From assembly GCF_009914755.1 (NCBI RefSeq), contig NC_060937.1: 64,000 bases of DNA. One strand, given 5' to 3'. Numbering within the stretch: position 1 is the first letter of the stretch; each line of letters starts with the position of its first letter. Positions 56,953 through 64,000 of the stretch are shown one piece after another. The translations under genes and the position numbers were made by a program. The notes beneath the pieces were generated by a model. The model made no database searches. It was given only the letters and a program-made list of their open reading frames with translations, and was not told the origin of the DNA. This DNA is from the human T2T-CHM13v2.0 reference genome, Homo sapiens.

Positions 56953-58901
56953 AATTAGAAGGACAAAAGCATCAAGAGAACCCAATACAAGGTTGGGCAA
57001 ATGATGCAAACATACAACTCACAGCAAATGAAATAAACAAGACCAATAAACATAGTGTAAAATATCCCATACTGCTGGTAAACAGATAAATGCAAATGAA
57101 AACAATATAATACCATATTATTCTCATTAGAGAGACAAAATTTTAAAAGATCTGGCATGTATATGAAGCAACAGAAAGTCATGACTCAGGGTGATTATTG
57201 GTAGCTTGTAACTGTTGAAGATATTTACTGATAAAATTTAGCTTTCTAATTTTATGTATAAAACCCAGACTCTAAGACTCTAGCATATGTACAAAAAAGA
57301 ACAAGCTGTGTGCATGATTACTCATTGAAGGATTGGTTTGGTTTTAATAATGAATGTGAAAAAGTATGATATTATACTCCAGATATCCATCAACAACAGA
57401 AAGGATAACCAAAGTGTAATAATGCAACACATTACTGTACTACAATTATAATAAATGAACAAGCAATATGTATATTAATTGGAGCAGATCTTAATGGTAT
57501 AATATGTAGTGCCAAAAACAAGATGAAAAATAGTACATATAATATGACAACATTTAGATATGTTTAAAAGTATTCAGTATGCAGCTTGATATTGTTTACA
57601 GCCACATAGGTATATAGTAAAAGTATAAAAAGGACTCTTCAAAATGAGAATCATCAAATTCAGATTACTGAGTACCTCAGAGGAGAGATAGAGGGAATTA
57701 AAATTAGGGAGGAATAGGCAATTAAAAGATTATTTAAAAGCCCAAAACAAATAAACAACATATAAAGGTGTCCTGAACCTGGATTGATTCATAAAATGAA
57801 GTTTATAATATTTTTCTCTACACTTTTCACTATATTTGAACTATTTAATGATAAAATAGACCAAAGTAAGGAGAAACTGCTGTTGTCTTTATCAACAAGT
57901 TTAAGGTTGATTTTGGGACTTTATTTATTAATTATGTAATTCATAACAGTTTACAACCAAGTGAGACAGCATTGCATGGCAGTGAAACCTATTCTTGTTC
58001 AATCTATTATTTAACTGTTTTATGAAATCAGTCCCACTGAGAGTTGTCTAACTGTAAAATTATAACACTTGAGGACAAACAACTAAATGTGACTATATAA
58101 AATTTAAGTCACTTTTTGCACAGAAGCTTTTACAGCTGCCTATCTCCATGTGCACTTATTTTAAAACTCTTCGGACTAAAGTTCAGAACTTTCTGTGAGC
58201 CCGTCAACTTACTTTCTTCTGTCATTTAAGACAAGGGAACCTGGTTGCATATAAATGGCTTATTGAAAATTATTTTAATATATGTTATACAAAGCACTTT
58301 ATATGTTTATGTTTTTATCTTGAGCCAAGCTTCTGTTATTTTGCTATTTCCAATGATGCAATGTATGGACATTATTAAATAAGGAAAACACTTTCATCTA
58401 AATGTAATCTTCATCATAAAATTTACTGCTGGGAAGTTCCTGTTCCAGAAACCAAAAGATAATGACTGCATGTGGAATATGCTTTTTATTTACTTTCACA
58501 ATAATTTTTTAAGGTAAATCAGTTAAAAATGTAACATTCAGTTTTATCAAGATGTAAGGTTGCCGTACTAGTTTCATTTGATACCTACTGACATTACCAT
58601 GCTCTTTAAAAGTTTGGACACTTTTGTTTTAGTATTCTTTTTATCTCCTTATTCTGGGACTTTTCATCTCTAAGCTGGGGATAATAATATTTCCATGATT
58701 TCAGAAAGCTTTGTAGTATTCTGATCCTCATAATTGTAATCTTCTTTATTAAAAGAAGAAATAAAACAGAAGTGTGAAAGTGTTGTCCAGGCATTCATTG
58801 AATAATTTGGGTCTTTTGGCCTTCCATTTACTAGTAACATATACATCCAAAATTGGTCTCTTAATTCAGCAAATTTTTTTTTTGTGAGAAATTTGTTCTT
58901 T

Positions 58902-60942
<2,041 letters not shown>

Positions 60943-61462
60943 CTAGGTCAGATTGATAACCCAGCCCTTTCAAAACACTGAAGCCCTAAGCAGAAAACTA
61001 AATAAAGGGATGTACTGCATCTTTATGCACTGTATTTAATGTTTACTAAACACCAATGTTTGATGTTTATTTGTCATTCTGCGTAAATCAAACAAAACAT
61101 TTTTATTCTTGCTGTTGTGAACAATATGATTTTATTTTTTTTCATACTCAGAGTTGTTGATCACTTTAGTAGCTTTGTCTAGCTTAGAGCAAAATAATTT
61201 CTTGGGATGAAGTTAGGCCATTTCTGTGTTCACTTATTTATGGAGTATGTAAATATTTCCAATACATCTGAGAAAGAACAACCTATGCTATTTGCACCTT
61301 TTCTAGGGGAAACACTCCCCAGAAAACCCCTTGTTATTAAGGTAGAAATATATCCCTGTTAAGAAGTCAGATTTCACATATAATCCACAATTCTTAAGCA
61401 CAAATATGTCAACTAGTCAAATACATTCAAAGGACAAACAGATAATTTTTGGAATACAGGAT

Positions 61463-61825
61463 TGCTATGAGCCTGAAAGTTTGTGTGCTCCCAGAATTCA
61501 TATATTGAAGCTTAATCACCAAGTGATGGTAATAGGAGGTGGGACCCCGTGGAGGTGATTAAGTCATGAAGGTAGAACCCATGAATGGGATTAGTGCCCT
61601 TGCAAAAGAAGTCCCAGAGAGCTGTGCTGCCTCTTCCAATATCCGAGGATGAAGCTAAAAGGCACTATCTATGAACCAGGAAATGGGCTTCCATCAGACA
61701 TATAATCTGCCAGCCCCTTGGTCTCAGACTTGCCAGCCTTTAGAACTATGAGAAATACATTTCTGTTGTTTATAAGCTGACCAGTTTATGTCATTTTGTA
61801 ATAGCAGCCCAAGCAAATGAAGACA
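61463..61825 (+). mobile_element. MLT1A0-like MaLR solo LTR
   Basis: tgctatg...gaattcatat.ttgaa; catgaatgggattagtgccctt; atttctgttgtttataagc...atagcagccc..gaca. Confidence 0.88.
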
Positions 61826-61911
61826 GGACATGAATAGACAACATAAATGTGGGGCATGAAAAGCAATCATGTATGAAAAGACCTATTCATAAAAGATAAT
61901 TGTCTTTTCAA

Positions 61912-62099
61912 CCAGTGTTTTTCACACTTGGCTCATATTATGCAGTAAAGATACCTGAAGAGATTTTTTAAAATTCTCTGAATATGGACCTTACCTCAGA
62001 TGTAGAAGATAAAAATCTCTGAAGTTGAGATAAAGATATTTGTATTTTAAAATACTGTGCCAGCTATTTTGGTGCACAGCCAAATTTGGGAACCCACTA
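61912..62099. mobile_element. MER5-like hAT element
   Basis: cagtgtttttcacacttggc ... gcacagccaaatttgggaacccact termini. Confidence 0.55.
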
Positions 62100-63066
62100 A
62101 CCAAATATATATTCTGGAATATAATCTTATTTTTGTCAAAACCATGAGAGTAAAAAACAATTCTCATCACAATTATAGAAACATTTCCTAGAAGTCAGTT
62201 GCAGTCAGCCTGTACCAAAAACATTTTGCATGAAAGTACTTGTGTATGCTGGGTTTCTAGTATACTGATGGACTCAGGTTTGAATAATTACCAAAAATAA
62301 TTGCATTTCCATATGTAAAATGAATTTTTATCAGCTGCAGAAAAATAAAAGTATATCAGCAATAAATACAGAATTCTGTAACAATAATAAGCACCATCAC
62401 TTATGCAGTGTTTACTTTGTGCTAACAATACACTTAAAGAACCTCAGAGGTCACAGTTGGTCATGCAGGAGATCCACAAAATCGCAAATAGGAATCTGGA
62501 TTTGTCCAAATAAAATATATTATCTTGGCTATTTCTGGTTATCCACTTCATCTTTTCACCAGTCTGTTAGTGAGATGTTAGTAAACAATAGGATTATGGT
62601 GTAGAATTCTCATATATCATTTACAGTTTCTGCATATTTACACTGGTTCTGTAATGGTTTACTCATGCTTGATTAACTTAACCTTCCTATAAGTTATAAA
62701 GGACCCCAACAGGTCATTATTAAAAAGAGTTATCTAACTTAAGTGGACTTCTCTAGCATATTAGTCATGCAGAGATACCCTGATATAGAAAACCAGTTAA
62801 GAATATTCCTTACAAAACAGTTTCTGAACAGAGCCCACTATCAATTGAGTGTGCTTCATTTTATATCACTAAAGAAACCTTAGGGTTTTCTAAGGAGCAA
62901 TTGCCTTTCTACCTGTCCCCTTTTGTCCTTCAGAAATCCCAAGCATCCTGAAATGGTTCTTGTTTCCTCTCATGCATAATTCTGAGAGGATTACTAATTG
63001 TCATAACCTATATATGCAATGTTTTAAAAGTATAGGTAGATGCATCTATCATTGTCATTTATTTTT

Positions 63067-63374
63067 TATTTTTATTTATTTATTTATTTTTTGAGACGGA
63101 GTCTCGCTCTGTCACCCAGGCTGGAGTGCAGTGGCGCAATCTCGGCTCACTGCAAGCTCCGCCTCCCGGGACTCACGCCATTCTCCTGCCTCAGCCTCCC
63201 AAGTAGCTGGGACTACAGGCGCCCGCCACCATGCCGGGCTAATTTTTTGTATTTTTAGTAGAGACGGGGTTTCACCGTGTTAGCCAGGATGGTCTCCATC
63301 TCCTGACCTCATGATCCACCCACCTCGACCTCCCAAAGTGCTGGGATTACAGGCGTGAGCCACGGCACCCGGCC
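63067..63374 (-). mobile_element. AluY
   Basis: Y diagnostics (gcaagctccgcctcc, cacgccattc, ccgtgttagccaggatgg); perfect 17-bp TSD cattgtcatttattttt (63050-63066 / 63375-63391). Confidence 0.97.
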
Positions 63375-63414
63375 CATTGTCATTTATTTTTATAATATTC
63401 CTGAAGACATAAGA

Positions 63415-63540
63415 AATGATAGGATGAGGATGACAATGTTGAGGATAACGATGATGATGATGATGACAACTACAAAAGAAGTAGAGAAAGAGGGAGGAAG
63501 AAGATAAGGTGATGATAGAGAAGAAAAGGAAGAGAGGAGC
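63415..63540. repeat. (GAT)n and purine-rich low-complexity tract
   Basis: Seen directly. Confidence 0.8.
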
Positions 63541-64000
63541 ATAATCTTAGAATTTTTAATTGATTGGTTATTATGAACTAGGTGTAAAGCCAAGCATTTT
63601 ATGTACTCTATGAAGTAGTACTGCATTACTTCCATTGCCATATGCAGAGCCAGTTATGCAAGTGGCTTTAATAACAAAACTTAAAAAAGGGATGCTAGAT
63701 CTCGAACTAATGTCTGCTCAATTTTCAAAGACAACTTTACTAGAATTATATGCTTTGGGAAAAATAAATAAACAGGAGTAGAAAGCTCAATTTGAAAAAA
63801 AATATATATACTAGTCATTTCAGTCTCTGTACAAAGGAATTCGAGGTATCTGCAAATATGTTCGCTTTTCAAGATACTTAGTAGAAAAGTAAACTGATAG
63901 TGATATTTGATAAATATTCATTTAACTGCATTTTCAGAATAGTGAATATACGCCTACTTTATTAAAAATTTTATTGTGAATAAAAAGATACTAGGTTTTC

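Larger units (their letters stand above)
49500..57860 (+). mobile_element. Ancient L1M (MC/MD/ME-type) scaffold hosting nested Alus, MLT1D and L1MA
   Basis: Collinear decayed 5' region, ORF1 (agccagaagacaatgg), ORF2 pieces at 50960-51686, 52513-52735 and from 56335, and an old 3'UTR; may be more than one element. Confidence 0.65.

Noticed and set aside
58431-58440. Isolated NF-kB-like GGGAAGTTCC (also GGGAGTTTCC at 45742)
   Set aside because: Single degenerate 10-mers are expected by chance in 64 kb

Overview
AT-rich primate (human-like) intronic or intergenic DNA with no CpG island. I can support no host protein-coding exon and no structural RNA gene. The long ORFs come from Alu, L1, LTR or microsatellite sequence. 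The window is dominated by transposon fossils: about 12 Alus (J, S and Y), a nested L1 stack at 48.8-60.9 kb, two short young L1PA 3' ends with clean TSDs, an LTR12 fragment, a complete MER51 solo LTR, several MLT1/MLT2 LTRs, Tigger3b, MER5, and many MIR and L2 remnants. The best signals are structural. First, fold-back (templated inverted) insertions recur inside L1 copies, including a 42-bp-arm hairpin at 52775-52863. Second, an L1PA7-like copy has about 0.9 kb replaced by a tail-less Alu fragment. Third, there is an old ~220-bp direct duplication in apparently unique DNA. Fourth, there is an enhancer-like module with a perfect nuclear-receptor DR1. Fifth, there is a speculative set of minus-strand non-coding exons. 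Subfamily calls are from remembered consensus sequences, not from a search, and boundaries of old repeats are approximate. I found no evidence of a novel coding system.
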